From Lama guanicoe (taxonomy: Eukaryota), in NCBI GenBank assembly GCA_013239625.1, contig MU053629.1:592676-656675 (forward strand): a DNA stretch of 64,000 bases, read 5' to 3'. This document shows, in pieces, positions 24,611 to 38,849 of this stretch. Both the position numbers and the translations under genes were made by a program. Each line of letters opens with the position of its first letter. The stretch's first letter is position 1. A model generated the notes under the pieces. The model searched no databases. It saw only the letters and a program-made list of their open reading frames with translations, and had not been told where the DNA came from.

Positions 24611-25390
24611 GCTTGGGTACTTTGTGCTAATTCGTACACGTATTCCCCTGGTAACAGTGGTTGTGGGCATTGCTAGGTTTCAGCGTATAGTCTTTGAAAA
24701 GTTCGGGGGTTTTTTCCTGACAACAAGAGAAGTGTGTATTAAGTTAAATTTTGGAATAAGGCAAAGCAAAAAAAAAAATACAAATCATATGAGGCGATCG
24801 TTGCCACCATTTTCTCATGTAATGAATTTTTTAAAAATTTTATTTAAAATCTCATTTCACAGGATTATGCTGTGCAGACTGGTTTTCTTTTGTGACTAAT
24901 TATCATGAATCCAGTTGTTTTCATACAATATGATTTTTAACAGTTGTAGAGTAGTCTGTTATTTGGTTGTACTCTTGTTGAAATTTTTGGTTATTTCTAG
25001 TTTTTCACTGTGATAAACTATAGTCGAGCTGCTTTCTTGCAGCATAATCTTTATGCACATTTATAACTTCTTTTTGAATAAGTTTCTAAAAGCAAGCTGG
25101 ATTGAAAATAGGTGCATTTTTAAAGCTTTGAGTGGTTACTAACAAATTCTCTTCCATGAAGGCTTTGCCATTTTAAATTCCCATCAAGCGTGGACCCCCT
25201 TCATACTTTCTTTAATTCTGAGTATTAATTTTTTTAAACTATTATATATACATGAAAACTTACCTACTTGCTGCTTCTTATTGCTTATTATCTAATTATT
25301 ATTTTAAACACATCACAGCATCACTGATTACTTGGCAGTATCAGATGTGTTCAGAGGAAGAGCACTGAGTCTTGGTATCTCTTGTTTCAG

Positions 25391-25546
25391 GAAAAGATGA
25401 AAGGCAAGAACAAGTTGGTGCCTCGCCTGCTGGGGATCACCAAGGACTCGGTGATGCGCGTGGATGAGAAGACCAAGGAAGTGCTGCAGGAGTGGCCCCT
25501 CACCACGGTCAAGCGCTGGGCAGCCTCACCCAAGAGCTTCACACTG
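25391..25546 (+). CDS. TLN2: TLN2 exon (~9), F3 integrin-binding PTB-like subdomain: EKMKGKNKLVPRLLGITKDSVMRVDEKTKEVLQEWPLTTVKRWAASPKSFTL
   Basis: tgtttcag|GAA...CTG|gtaggg; 156 nt; contains the talin-2-type Ser at my position 339. Confidence 0.98.
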
Positions 25547-27049
25547 GTAGGGACTGGCAGAAGGCAAGGAGTGGGTCGACATGGCCTTGGGTGGTATCAG
25601 GGGGCAGGAGAAACAATACAAGTGCATTGGGTTTCCCTGGCCTTGGGTAGTGGCGTAGAGAGGGACAGGTGGCGGGAGTTTGTGGGGCAGGGGGTGGGAG
25701 TGGGCACTGGTCCAGAAGTGAGAGAGATGCCGGAGAGCTGGATCTCCTTGGCCACCTCTTCCTCTCTGGTGCTCTGAGGCAGTCTCAGTTCCTTGACTAG
25801 AAAGAGCCAATCACAGGATAATCCTCAATCTTCTGTGGTCCTAATGCCATCCATAGTTACCCTAAAATTTAAGCAGCTTGCTTACACTCTGAGGCCCATG
25901 CAAAGGCTCCCTCCTCATCTCTCATTATTTTAGAAGTTCCTAAGAATTGTGGTATCTCGCCAAGACGTGTTTTCCCAGCCTGCCTACAAAGAGAGCATGC
26001 CGTATGGTGGAAATATCATAGACTGTGGCGTAGTGTTTGAAACCAGCTGGTCATTTCCCAGCTCCATGCCCTTGCTCAAGTTATTTCTCCTCCCTGAGCC
26101 TTAATGTCCTTGGCTGTAAAATGGGGACAGTAATACCTGTTTCACAGAGTTGCTGGAATCAAATGAGATGATAACGATAAAATGCTAGTGCGAAACACAT
26201 GGTAAGTAGAGAGAATGTGGGTTTCTTCCAGGCCTTCGGACCTCTGAGTTCCTCCTCCCAACCTCAGTATCTGCTCTTAGCAGAAGATACTATGTGGTCG
26301 TAACTATATAGCCAGCCACATCGACATGTGAGAATTAAGACAGTTATTTTGTAGGACACGTTGAGCGACAAGACAAATCTAGGAGTGTTAAAATTTGTGT
26401 GTTTCTTCAGAACCCCAGGCGTGTACTCCTCTCCAGCTCTAGTGAGCACTTGAATTATCTGCATGTAGGCAAGATCTCGTAATAAGGCATCAGGAAAAAA
26501 GGTACAAGGAAGGGGCCTTGGTGGGAGTATTAGTTATCTGACTTGATCACTGATTGGCAGACTCATGCCAGGTGGGAGGAGTCCTCAGAAAACAGACCTT
26601 CTTTCCTCCCGTAGTCAGTAACACCTGTACCTGCAGGGCCTTAAAAAGTAGGTGTTCAGACTTAGAGAGCTATGTTCGCATCTTCCATTGTAGGTAGTTG
26701 TGGATAACGTCTAAAATAGAAAAATCAAAAAGTCAATAGAAACATGCTATTTAGAAATACTGAAAGAGAAATTGCTGAGTTGAAAGTAATTACCTCTGGG
26801 TGGAGGCTGGAAAGTGAAGGTGGGAATGGGTGGGGCAGGAGACAGCTGTGTTTGGTTATATCCCTTTTAATGCTGTTGGTCTCTAACTTAGGTCCAAGTA
26901 CTGCTTTGTTAAAAACAAAAAACTTATTTAAAATGGTTATGAATTGCAGTAACTACCTCCAGCAAAAGAGAAGACAAATACCAATGTTGGATTACAGCTT
27001 ATGACATGTAAACTTTCTTTACTTCCCACCTTAGCTTCAATTTAATGTG

Positions 27050-29900
27050 ATTTCCAAGTGTTGGGGGATTTTCCTGTTGTCTTTCTATTACTGATTTTTA
27101 GTTTGATTCTCTTATGGTCAATGGGATATACTCTGATTCTGTTATGTTCATGGAGCATACCGTGTATGGTTTCAATTTTTAGAATTTTAAGATTTGTTTT
27201 CTGTCACAGGATATGATCATTCTTGGAGAATGTTCCTTGAGTGCTTGAAAAAAATGTGTATTCTGCTCTTGGGTGAAGTGTTCCATAAATGCCCTTTAGA
27301 TCCTGTTAGCTGATGGTGGTGTTCGAGGCTTCCAGATCCTCGCTGAATCTTCTGTCTAGTAATTCTAGCAATTCCTGATCGTGAAATTCCCAACGGCAAT
27401 TGGGGATTTTTCTGTGTCTCCTTTCCTATATGTCAGTTTTTATTTGATCTATGTTGATGGTCAGCTGTTTGGTACTTACACATTTAAGATTCCTCTATAT
27501 TCTTAACGGAGAAATTGTGTTATCCTTATGTTCTTTTGTTCCTAGTAAAGTTTGCACTCTGAAGTTTGTTTTATCTTGTATTAATATAGTCGCTTTTAAA
27601 ATTAGTGTCTGCATGTTATATCTCTTTCTGTCCTTTTACTTTAAATGTGGCTATATTATTATATTTTAAATGAGTTTCTTGTAGAGAGCATAGAATTGGG
27701 TTGTACTTCTTATTAAAATCTGTTCTCTTTTAATGGCAATATTTATGCTATTAATATTTTCAGCTAATTATTGGTATGTTGGGGCTTAATCTACTGTTAC
27801 ATAATTTTCTCTGTTTATTTTTTCCTCTGTTTTTCTTACCTTCTTGTGGGTTACTTGAACATTTTTTTAGAGTTCATTTTCATTTGTTTGTAATATTTTT
27901 TGAGCATATTTCTTTGTATAGTGCTCTTAGTGATTATTCTAGATATTATCTTATACATATGAAATTAACTACCGCCTACCGGTATCAGTGTTTCACCACT
28001 TCAGGTAAAATATAGAAACCTTCCTTCTATTTAAGCCTGTTTACACTCCGCACTTCTTTGAGTGTAATTACATATTTTTTCTAGATACAGTAACTACTGC
28101 ATAAGATGGTATTATATCTTTTGCTCTAATCGTAAAATGTGATTGAAGAAAACCCATGAAGTAAAAGATAGTCTATTATATTTACTTCTCTTTTTATCCA
28201 TCTCATTGCTCTTTCTCTTCTTCAAGTTCCCTGCTTTCTTTTGTTTCCATTTTCTGCGTGTCTGGAGAGCTTCGTTTAGTCATTCCTTGAAGGTAGGTCT
28301 GCTGGCAACAAGTTCTCTTGGTTTTTTCCTGAGAAAGTTCTTATTCCTCCTGCATTCATGAGGGATCATTTTGCCAGACAGAGGATTCGAGATCCACGCT
28401 TCCCTTCTTGTGGCGCTTGAGGAATGTCATCCCACCCCTTTCTGGCCTCTGCGGTTTCAAGACTAGAAATGTTCTGTTGTTCACATTGGTGTTCATTTCA
28501 GGGTAACATGTTGCTTTTCTATGAATGTTTGTAAGATTTTCTTTTCTCTAGTTTTCAAAAGTTCTTGGTCTGTAGGTTGATTTCTATTCTATTTTGAGAT
28601 TTGCTTAGCTTCTTAAATTTGTAGGTTTATGTCTTTCACTAATTTGGGGAAACTTCCAGCCATTATTTCTTTTAACAATTTTTTTTTCAGGGGCCTACAA
28701 TCTTGTATTTCTGATGATATGGATGTTAGGTCTTTTTTAATTGTCCCACAGACCCCTGGTGCTCTTTTTTATCTTGTTTTGCCTGTTTTCTATTGTTTCG
28801 ATTGATAAATTCTACTGATCTGTTTCTAAGTTTACTGATTCTGTCCTTTGTCATCTCTGCACTACTGTTTAATCTTTCTTGTGAATTGTTTTACTTGGGT
28901 TATTGCCTGTTTTAGTTCTATAATTTCAATTTGGTCCTTTTTTATGCCTTAACGTTTCTTTGTTGCATTTTTTTTTTCATTTGTTTCAGGAGACTTTGTA
29001 ATTGGGTGTTGAAACATTTTTTTTTATGACAGCTGCTTTAAAGTCCTCATCAGGTAATTCCATTGTCTGATTCATCTCAGTATTGGCATCATTTGATTAG
29101 CCTTTTCTGCATTGTGGTTATCCTGGTTCTTGACTTGAATAGAGATTTTCAATTTCATCCTAGACATTTTGGTTATTAGGAGACTCTTGATCTTGTATGT
29201 CCTATTTTAGCAGACAGTCATCTTGTTTAAGTTTAGTGTGTCGTGTGCTGGGTTACTTCTATGGACACGAGTTGCAATGGCAATTAATTTTCTGAGCCCT
29301 TGCAGTGCTATTCTGGACTGATTTATTCTTCTGACGCCGCTGGCGTTCCTGCTCAAAGCCTTTTGGTGCTGTCTGTGAGGGAAGAAGGGACTTCCTTGGG
29401 CCACCTGCTATTGCTGGGTGACCTTTGTTAGGGGAGGGAGAAGCCACTGGGCCCAAGTCTCTTTATGCTGCTGCGTGGTGGGCAGGGAGGCACAGGGCCT
29501 TGCTCTGGCCACTGCTGCAAAAGGAATCAGACCACTGCCTGCCTGGGTTGTGGAGCAGTGCCTGGGATGGCCGGGTTTCAATGCTTTGCAGCTGCTGCTG
29601 AGCAGCAACCTGGGTTGGGGAGCTGCTTGAGGCTCCCATCGAGGTCTCTACTGGGCTTCCCCTCTCCTGGTCCCTTGGCCGGAGAGAACAGGCTTCTCAG
29701 GAACTTCCAAGTTTCAGACCTCTCCAGCTCCCAGCCTTGGGGAGATGGGATAGAGAATAAAACTAAGAACTCACCAGACTGGCCCCTTGGGTCCTGAGAT
29801 CTCAGCCAGTCCACCTTCCCAGCATTCAGAGCCCTTTGACCACTGTTTGTTAAAAAAATTTTAGGGTGTTCCATTGTATTTAGAGGGGACGAGCAAGAAA
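27050..29900 (-). mobile_element. Old, degraded L1 fragments
   Basis: T-rich antisense L1 text (ttggagaatgttccttgagtgcttgaaaaaaatgtgtattctgct; tttggggaaacttccagccattatttctt); boundaries approximate. Confidence 0.7.
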
Positions 29901-30003
29901 AAGTGAGTATATGCCAGAACTTGGTCCAGAACCAGACCCCCTCACCTTTGAAACTGCTGATGGCGCGGTATTTCTTCTAATGTGGGATTTCTACCCCACC
30001 CAG

Positions 30004-30105
30004 GATTTTGGGGAGTATCAGGAAAGCTACTATTCAGTACAGACCACTGAGGGGGAGCAGATATCCCAGCTGATTGCCGGCTACATTGACATCATCCTCA
30101 AAAAG
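30004..30105 (+). CDS. TLN2: TLN2 exon (~10), F3: DFGEYQESYYSVQTTEGEQISQLIAGYIDIILKK
   Basis: cacccag|GAT...AAG|gtattt; 102 nt. Confidence 0.97.
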
Positions 30106-31054
30106 GTATTTCATGCTGATGCAAATAGAACTTCTTTATTTTTTTAAATTTTTTTTTGATTGAAGTACAGTCAGTTACAATGTGTCCATCTCGGGTGTGT
30201 AGCACAATGTCCCAGTCATACTTATACATACATACACATACTCGTCTTCATATTTTTTTAATTAGATGTTATTACGAGATACTGAACATGGTTCCCTGTG
30301 CTGTACCAAAAATAGAGCTTCTTTATTAAAAGACTCAGTTTAGATAATATAGCTACCTGAAAAAAAAAAAAAGAAAAACCATGTAACTTTAATTTACTTC
30401 TAATTTTTTTTTACTACTTTAATCTTTAACATTAAGATTGTTTGAGTGTGCAGTCTTTGACCTCATATCCTAGGGAATTTCTGATCTGTGTCACTAACTG
30501 CCAGGTAATGAGCAATAGTGCATCACTTAGCTAGTGGGTGAGCCCAGCTTACCCCTTAGCATCTTCCTCTCCAGATAATGATGTTTGCTTTCCAGCATCT
30601 ATAGAGATGGGATTGAGGACCTGAAGATGTTCTTTGTATTTCTCTTTTTTTTTCTGTCTTTCTCTTTCTCTCTCTTTTTTTAAAATCAAATTTAATAGGG
30701 GCTTACATACCATAGTGGTATATACACAAACCTCTCCTAAGGCTTCTAGATATAGCCCACTGAGATCGCCAAGTTCTACTAGAAATATTAATATCTATGT
30801 CTTGATTTTAACTGTATAAAATTAAGTCTTGCAATAATGAATACAGAAGACATTAGCTACCTCTCTATAGTAAATTATATATTTCTCTTTCACTGTTACT
30901 ATTGCTTTTGTTCACCCATCACTTATTAAATATCGAATACAAAGAACCTGGGTAAACCTCAACATTTCTGCTTGTGTGGGTCCTTTTAAAAGGTCTCTTA
31001 AAAGGGTCTTGTGTCCAGACCGGCTGACTTTCATTTTTGTCTGTTTTACCTCAG

Positions 31055-31131
31055 AAACAAAGTAAAGACAGATTTGGACTAGAGGGCGACGAGGAGTCAA
31101 CTATGTTAGAAGAATCCGTTTCTCCCAAAAA
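31055..31131 (+). CDS. TLN2: TLN2 exon (~11), head-rod linker: KQSKDRFGLEGDEESTMLEESVSPK(K)
   Basis: tacctcag|AAA...AA|gtacgt; 77 nt, phase 0 to 2. Confidence 0.97.
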
Positions 31132-33890
31132 GTACGTATTGTTGGGAGAACTGGAGAAGCGCCTTCTCCCCGGCCTGACAGGTTTCCTCGGGCCGGCTCT
31201 GGGGCTGCTGCCCGAAAGTCCCTCATGCGGAGGAGGTGGTGGTGGGTGAGAAAGATGAGTATTGCTTCTCGAAGTGCAGGGCTCAGATCCTCATCACCAG
31301 TGTTGAGGGTGTCTTTTTGGGGTGGGGGTGGCCTGGGGATTTCAGGGCGACGCTGAACAAAATGGGTTTAATTCCATCTTTAGACACAGTGAGCCTTCGT
31401 GAGTCCTCTTCTGAATTTCTGGTTTAAATCTCATAAACTACATCATTTTCCTCAAAGCCTCGAGTCTAAGTTTAGTTCTGTGCCTTTTGGGGTGGGGGCC
31501 TAGCCAGTGGAGGAGTTACTGTTTATGGAATGCTTGTCACCTGCCACACTTGATACCCATGTCACGAGGCAGCAGAGGGACGTGGTGAGAACGTGGATCC
31601 TGGAGCCAGAGTTACTTGGTTCAAATCTGGGGTCTGTTTTTTTTTTTAACTAAAAAAAAACTTTTTAAAAACAACTTTATTGTGGTTTAATTTCTGTACA
31701 GTAAATTACACATATTTCAGGTGTACACTCTGATAAATTTTGATAGATGTCTACACCTATGAAACCACCACCAAAATCACGATACCTCACACTTCCATCA
31801 CTCCCCAAGAGGTGCAAATTTCAACCTCCCGATTTATCCCTTCCCACCCCCTTTATGGGGTCTGTTTTTTAATGTGTGGCCATGGGGACATGATGAATTT
31901 TCTCTGCTCCCTTCATTTCATCTATAAAATGAGAATAGTGATTGACAGTAGTACCTCATAAGTTTTATTTTGATGACTGAGTTACTAATAAAGCACATAA
32001 AATTAATAAATCACATAAAACAATGCCTGGTACAAAATAAATGTTTGCTGTTGCATCATTTTAAATTCAGAATAATCTCAGTTTAGCCCCATTTTATAAA
32101 CGAAGAAACTGAGATTAAAAGTAAGTAACATTGGATAAGTAAGACTCCTCGGGAAACTGTTCAGCTGCCCTTGTGATGTTAAATAGAGCACTGGAATGAT
32201 AACTTTTCTTATCTACACTACACAGTTTGCTGGCTCAATTGATCCCTGTGGAAGAGGTAGGCTAGATCTTAACATCTCCAGTTTGCACATGAAGAATCTG
32301 GAACTCAGTGGAGGTTAGTTGAGATGCAGCCATGTCCAGAGCCAGGACTCAGATTTAGATCTTGTGCTGTCTCCTACAGTACACTGCCCGGAAGCTCTAG
32401 CATGTTACAGCATATCGAGCTTGCTTAGTCATAATAACTGTTTCTCTAATGTGGCCACTCTGTGCCATGTTCTCACAACTTGCTTTATCATCACCTTGAA
32501 GGTGCTCTTCCATTTGTCCCCTATTAGTACTCAAGTTGGAACCAGATTTGATACGATGCATTTCAAGTCCTGTTTGCTACCCTGTGGCAAAAAGACCTTA
32601 AGTGTTTGAAATTGTTAATGACTGTTAGATGGACACGAGGAAGCTAGTGTTTCTTAATAGAGTGAGCTGTTCACTTCTCGGGGCTCTGATGCACTTGAAC
32701 TTCTCCTCGGAGCAGCTAAGTAAGTGTCTGAGCCCAGAGTGCTGGGACCCTCCCCTGCCTGGGGCCACTATAGCCCGTTTACACTGCAGAGGGCATCATG
32801 GTGGGGTCTGGTCAAGGCAAGCAGGTAGCATGGTCCAGGTAGGTCCTGATCACTAGACTGTCCGCTTCTCCCTATACTGGGCGTTGGTGGAGATCTCGGA
32901 ATGCAGCTGGTGTAGTGGAGCCGTAGATCCACCCTCCCTAGTGCCAACCCCTCTGCAGACATTCATGTTTCTCCATGGATGCCTGTTGCTTGGTGTCCTA
33001 GCATGGCTCACAAGCTTTGCGCTGGGCAACAAGGAGTGACCTGTGATGATTCCAGAACCCTGGGACACAGGTGCCTTAATGCAGCTGCTCACCGACCCTG
33101 CCCACCTCCCACACATGCACACAGACTCCCCCAGACTCTCCCCTGTGCATCTGCCCACCGGGCTGCTGACTTAGCTGGGCTGCCCTCAGGTTCTTACCTT
33201 CCTGCGCTCATAGAGTCCTTTGCACTCACCGATCATTTCAAGAAACTAGCAAGGAGTAAAACACTGAAAGTAGTTTTGCTAGATGCCCTAGTCTTCCCAG
33301 ACTTATGTAGAGATCATCTGGAAGAGGTGCCGAAGACTGCCAGTCGTCAAGGCTCCGAAGGTCTTTACACATCCTCTGTGGTCAGTGACTCTCAACCTAG
33401 GGAAGCAGAGCTCAGCCGTGGGAGATTTTAAGTTCATTCCCATACTTCTTCCTTCAAGCTGAAGATGAATGATCTCTGTCCCCAGTGCTTCGAATAGAAC
33501 CAGGCATGCAGTAGATCTGTGTTGAATGAATACTATTTCAGGTAGAATTTACCAAATAATAGATGGCTGTGTCCGAAGCATTCACTTGTGCCTGGAGCAT
33601 CATTATTTTCTGTGTCTTTCAAGAACAATGAATAGCATAATACCATGAACCTGTTAAATAGATAAACTGGGAGCTGTTAGTTATGTTACCGATTATAAAA
33701 AGATTCATTCATCTCAGGGTTCTCCGGAGCATTTTAGTGCTGCTACTTCATTCATGATTCTGTCTGTATTTGCCTCTTTTAAATTGGTTGCCGGAGCATG
33801 AGGCAGCGAACGCTGATGGCCCCGGTAGATTCTTAGTACACTGCATGTGAGAGGCCACCTCACAGTGACCAAAGTGTCTGTCCCCCACAG

Positions 33891-34071
33891 GTCCACCATC
33901 CTGCAGCAGCAGTTCAATCGGACCGGAAAGGTGGAGCACGGCTCGGTGGCGCTGCCGGCCGTGATGCGCTCAGGCTCCAGCGGGCCCGAGACCTTCAACG
34001 TGGGCAGCATGCCCTCCCCGCAGCAGCAGGTCACGGTGGGGCAGATGCACCGGGGCCACATGCCCCCGCTG
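33891..34071 (+). CDS. TLN2: TLN2 exon (~12), linker: STILQQQFNRTGKVEHGSVALPAVMRSGSSGPETFNVGSMPSPQQQVTVGQMHRGHMPPL
   Basis: cccacag|G...CTG|gtgagg; 181 nt, phase 2 to 0. Confidence 0.97.
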
Positions 34072-34979
34072 GTGAGGCTTCCCGGGGACTTGCCCTGCCC
34101 TTCAGTGTGCTGCCTCTGGTTCCGGGGCGGGGGACACCAGCCATGGTGACAGGTTGTGTGTGTCATCCACACTCTCTTTAGCTCCTGTCTGGACCCCGGC
34201 TCTTCAGCTGTGCAGTCCCCATGCCTAATTCTCAGTGTGTTTTCTTTTAAATGGGTGGCTCTGGCAGTGCCCTGTCTGGGGTCCTAGGTGTCCTCTAGGG
34301 CTGGACGAGAGCCAGTGCCCTTTCCGTGTGGTTTGTGATCTGCTCCCCTGCCTGCTCATTGGCCCAGGTACCCCTCAGAGAACCTTAGAAGTAGACAGGT
34401 CGCTTCCCATCCACACGTTTCCCCTGAGCCGATCACTGGTTCCCTCCGCTGTGCTGGTCTGCCCGACTCGGGGCCTCTCTCAGTCTGCTCCGGAAACCCA
34501 TGCTTCAGGGCAAGAACTTTTTGCAAGCTGAAGAGCCTGAGAGGTCAGCATTGATCTGACTCTGGAGACATGTTGTCGACTGTGGGTTTGGATGGAACCC
34601 TTAACTTACTTACCGAGAAGAGTTCTGGTGTGACACCCTCGTGATCCTGTGCACGAGACCTCTGTCATCAGTCCTCAAGGACTGGAGCCCCTTAGCTCCC
34701 CTGCAGGGGACTCCTTCTGAGCCTCCTTGTCAGCTAATTAAGCTCTCCACACTCTGCTGATGATAATCTCTCTATTGCAAACAGCCACTTTTAATCTTCT
34801 TTTAATGTAGTGCAATAACTCTTTGTGGCCCACTGTTGAAATAGGAGGTGGTCCGGGCCGTTGGTGAGATGTCCCCCGGGGCCGCTTTATCCTGATCCCA
34901 GGTTCAGTTTCCTTGCACTCGTCGAGGGCTGTGTCAGCCAGGAGTGTGTGATGACCCTCTGTGCTACCTGCCCTTGTAG

Positions 34980-35093
34980 ACCTCGGCCCAGCAGGCCCTC
35001 CTGGGGACCATCAACACGAGCATGCACGCCGTCCAGCAGGCCCAGGACGACCTCAGCGAGCTTGACTCCCTGCCACCCCTCGGCCAGGATATG
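34980..35093 (+). CDS. TLN2: TLN2 exon (~13), rod R1: TSAQQALLGTINTSMHAVQQAQDDLSELDSLPPLGQDM
   Basis: ccttgtag|ACC...ATG|gtgagc; 114 nt. Confidence 0.97.
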
Positions 35094-35467
35094 GTGAGCA
35101 CTGTGCGTCGTTCTCATTCGATGTCTCTGCCCTGGCAGAAAGCAGGGTGATGCGCTCTGGGAGGACTCAGCTAGGGGAGTCTCTGTCTCCAGCTCAGTGA
35201 AGTGGAAATCCGTATTTTTTCACGAGATTGAGTCTCTGTAGGTGCACCTGCAGGGGGAGGGGGTCATAAGGTGCTGCAGGCTGTTGTTGGTGCCCTGCTC
35301 AATGGCTGTGTCAATCTGGGCAGCTTCCTCTCTGTAGGCCTCCACTTTGTCATCCGTGAGTCGGGTTGTGGTGAAGACTCGATAATCCAATCATGTTCAA
35401 GGCTTCTTAGCCAAGTGCCTAACACATCTAAGAGCCCAGTGAGTGTCAGCTGGTTTTGTTGTTAATA

Positions 35468-36040
35468 CCAGTGGTTCTCAGACTGTACCAGACGGCTTGT
35501 TAAAACAGGTTGCTGGGTTCCTCTCCCATTTTTTCTGACTCAGTGGGTCTGGAGTGGGGCCTGAGAATGTGTATTTCCAACAAGTTCTCAGGTACGGCTG
35601 CTGGTTCACGCTTTGCGAACCGCTGGGCTACTACTGTTGAGCTTTTCAGTGGGGCAGGGTAATTAGCTGCCTTCCTATAGCTGCTGCAGTACGAAATTGT
35701 AGCCCCTCGCTGCCTAAATCGTGAGCCACAGGTCGGCAGCATTGGCAACTCCTAGGATCTGATGGAAGGTACGGAATCTTCAGAACCTCCTGAATCAGAA
35801 TCTGCATTTTAGTGAAGTTCCCAGCGGTTCTGTGTACATACTGAAGTCTGCAAAGCACTGGCTCCCACGTCATCCTCTGCCCTGCTTTTGCACATTAGAA
35901 TCACTGGAGGAGCTTTAAGGACAAAGCCCAGGGTCCAGGTCTGACCAAACAAATCAGTGTTGCTGGGGTGGGGCCTGAGTGTCAGTGGTTTTTCATCTCT
36001 CAGTGTGATTTTGATGGGGGCCGAGGTGGAAAAAACCATT
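35468..36040. mobile_element. Cluster of about three adjacent MER5-type DNA transposon fossils
   Basis: Repeated MER5 motifs cagtggttctca, cttgttaaaaca, gaatcagaatctgcatttt, ttagaatcactggaggagcttt. Confidence 0.7.
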
Positions 36041-36288
36041 GCCGTCAGACTGCTGGGCCATCAAACGGACCAGAACCAGGACTTAATTTGTAGCCTCGCC
36101 TTGTCCAGCCTCCAGGTTCTCCCTGCATGGTGTGGTTTTCATTTGGGTACCTGTACACCTGCAGGGTGCCACAGCCTCAGAGCTACTCTTCCCGAGTATC
36201 TGAAGTCATTAAACATTTTGCTTTGGGGAACTTCAGAGCAGAAATACATATGGCAGACTCCCATATCCAGCACAGTGATGGGACTGAA

Positions 36289-36380
36289 TTTTTTTTTTTA
36301 ATGGAGGTACTGGGGATTGAACCCAGGACCCTCCTGTGTGCTAAGCATGTGCTCTACCAGTGAGCTATGACCCTCCCTCC
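36289..36380 (-). mobile_element. tRNA-derived SINE (Vic-1-like)
   Basis: atggaggtactggggattgaacccaggacc...ctaagcatgtgctctaccagtgagctatgaccctccc. Confidence 0.88.
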
Positions 36381-37243
36381 TTGAGATAGAATTGTAAAAT
36401 ATCTGGATTTAATATTCTTGCTTCACCAATTTCCAAAGAATTAATTTACAAGAGGTAATTAGTGCTAGAGATATCCTGAACCAAGATTAACTTTTGGAGG
36501 ATGTTTTTGGGAAGCAGATAAGCACCTTAATTTACCATAGGGTTATCATTCTCAGTGTAAATGATCGTTTTATTGGCTAAGATCAGAAATGCTAGAAATT
36601 TGGCTGTTTATAGATCAAATGAACATAAAGCATAAGAACTGGAAAGGTTTTAAAAGACCACTGAGTTTCTAAAGTAGAAGAAATGGAAGGCACAGGACCT
36701 GGATGAAATTCGCCCGAGGCCACATCACTTCTTAGTGGTAGAACTGGATCCAGGGCAGGGGTCTTGACGATGCCCCCACCCACCCAACACATCCTACCAG
36801 GAAACATAACAAGGCAACCTGACACACATACTGTAAACAGAGACGGTTCCTCCACTGACAGAGAACCCTCATGAGCTGAAACACCCTAACTCTAACGCCA
36901 TTGTCTTAAAAACAAGGTGGAAATTAGCAACAGTTGTTGGAGATACTAATTATTCTCATTTATTTAAATGGAATTTACCTAAAGAAAGCCACAGAGAATT
37001 TTTCTCTCCAAGATATTAAAAATTAACTAAAACATAACCAGTGTAAGAAGCATTGAGAATTCACACGCCATGCAGCCTGAATGACTGAGCAGGAGGCCTG
37101 TGAGGGACATGGGTCAAGATGACTTAAGGGCCTTGTTGGGCCCGCCCAGTAAGAAGAGGGGAGCCAGAACGCTGGTCTCATTTTACTGCACGACGTCTCT
37201 GGTTTCCTGGGTAATCCTGTCATGCAGTTGTCTGGTTTTGCAG

Positions 37244-37352
37244 GCGTCTAGGGTGTGGGTTCAGAATAAAGTCGACGAATCCAAACACGAAATCCACTCT
37301 CAAGTCGATGCCATCACAGCTGGAACAGCTTCAGTTGTTAACCTCACAGCCG
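37244..37352 (+). CDS. TLN2: TLN2 exon (~14), R1: ASRVWVQNKVDESKHEIHSQVDAITAGTASVVNLTA(G)
   Basis: ttttgcag|GCG...G|gtaagt; 109 nt, phase 0 to 1. Confidence 0.97.
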
Positions 37353-38083
37353 GTAAGTCCCTGAGGGATTTGTGGTGTATTGTGGTTTTTGTTTGTTTGT
37401 TTTTTTTAAAAAACACACAGTTCTTATTCTTTGATTGAAACAACAGATTTTCCTATTCTGAGAGGAGAGTCTATTTTTAGGCACTCGGAATGCTTCAGCA
37501 TTTTCTCCCCCTGACCCAGGAGAAATGGGGGAACATCTCATTCCTTTTTATCCACATCATGTATTATCAGTAAAAAGCACTCACTTAGCTCTTCTTGTTC
37601 GTCAAGCTGCTGGACATACTTCAAGGTATATTGAGGCCAGTTTCTCCCCTCTGAGAGCTTACAATCGGAAAATGGCTGGCTCTCAGGTGCCTTCTTCTGT
37701 CTTGTCTGGCACTGGTCTCTGCAAAGCACGACTCCAGGCGTCGCACTGTCAATTGAGAGCCAAGAAAGGTCTTGGCCTCATTGAGCAGTGTTGGGGGTTT
37801 CAGGAGCAGAGCTGACCTCTCTCAGCTGCTGACCTTGGAGAGGTCTTCTGAAAAACTGCCCTGAAATGCTGAGACTTCCTTGGGAATTTTGAAGGTGCTC
37901 ATGCTCAGCACCTCTGTGTATGAGGCCTCGGGGTGAAAGGGCCCCATGAGGAGCAGCACCTTGGAGACGGGGAGACGTCCACCTCCTGCAGGATGGTGGG
38001 GAGTCTGCTGCCCATGTCACCACCTGGGCGCTCCCCAGCCTTGACCACCCTCCTTTGATGGTGACGGTCCTTCTCTGTCCCAG

Positions 38084-38292
38084 GTGACCCTGCGGACACC
38101 GACTACACAGCTGTGGGCTGTGCCATCACCACCATCTCCTCCAACCTGACGGAGATGTCCAAGGGCGTGAAGCTGTTGGCGGCCCTCATGGACGACGAGG
38201 TGGGCAGTGGGGAGGACTTGCTCAGGGCTGCGAGGACCCTGGCCGGGGCAGTGTCGGACTTGCTGAAAGCTGTGCAGCCTACTTCCGGAGAG
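38084..38292 (+). CDS. TLN2: TLN2 exon (~15), R1: DPADTDYTAVGCAITTISSNLTEMSKGVKLLAALMDDEVGSGEDLLRAARTLAGAVSDLLKAVQPTSGE
   Basis: gtcccag|GT...GAG|gtgagc; 209 nt, phase 1 to 0. Confidence 0.97.
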
Positions 38293-38849
38293 GTGAGCCT
38301 GCGGGCGAGCAGTCACTCGGGCTCTGATGAGACCGTGCAGCCTTTGAGTCCCATGGGGCGCTGCTTCCTGAGCTGTCCCGTCCATCCTCATGGGGCATGC
38401 TGCCACGCTGTGGAGTTTGGATTTGGCGAACTGGGTGCAGGAGCGACGGTTCAACCTTTGAGACTAGTTGAGCTCTTAGTAGGAAGCCTCCCTTCCCCCA
38501 CTGAGGGTAGTTGATTAAATGTAACCTCAGAAACTAACACATGACAGAAACACACTTCAAGGGGATACAGGTCTGTCCCCTAATTTCCACAAAGCACGTA
38601 TCACCTTCCTACCAGCTGAATAAGCCCATTCATTGAACATTTCACATCATCCAGCCATGGCTGGTGTGTGAGCCATTGGGCATTCCCTTGCACAGACTCC
38701 CCTGGGACAGGTGTGTCTCTTGTCTACGGATACTTGGAGAGTCTCACTGAGGTGCAGGAGAGGGCTGTCCCACAGGGCTTCTCTTCCCGCATTGCCGTGT
38801 CTGGAGGAAACGCATCTCTTTCCCACTAAGATGTTCTCTGTGTTTGTAG

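Noticed and set aside
32979..33431. 150-aa plus-strand intronic ORF
   Set aside because: No recognisable homology, no convincing splice sites, composition not protein-like.
33714..34172. 152-aa minus-strand ORF, and similar ones at 38017-38454, 42681-43031, 44204-44662 and 50728-51156
   Set aside because: Antisense shadows of GC-rich TLN2 exons. I found no phase-compatible minus-strand splice chain like that at 9.5-15.6 kb.
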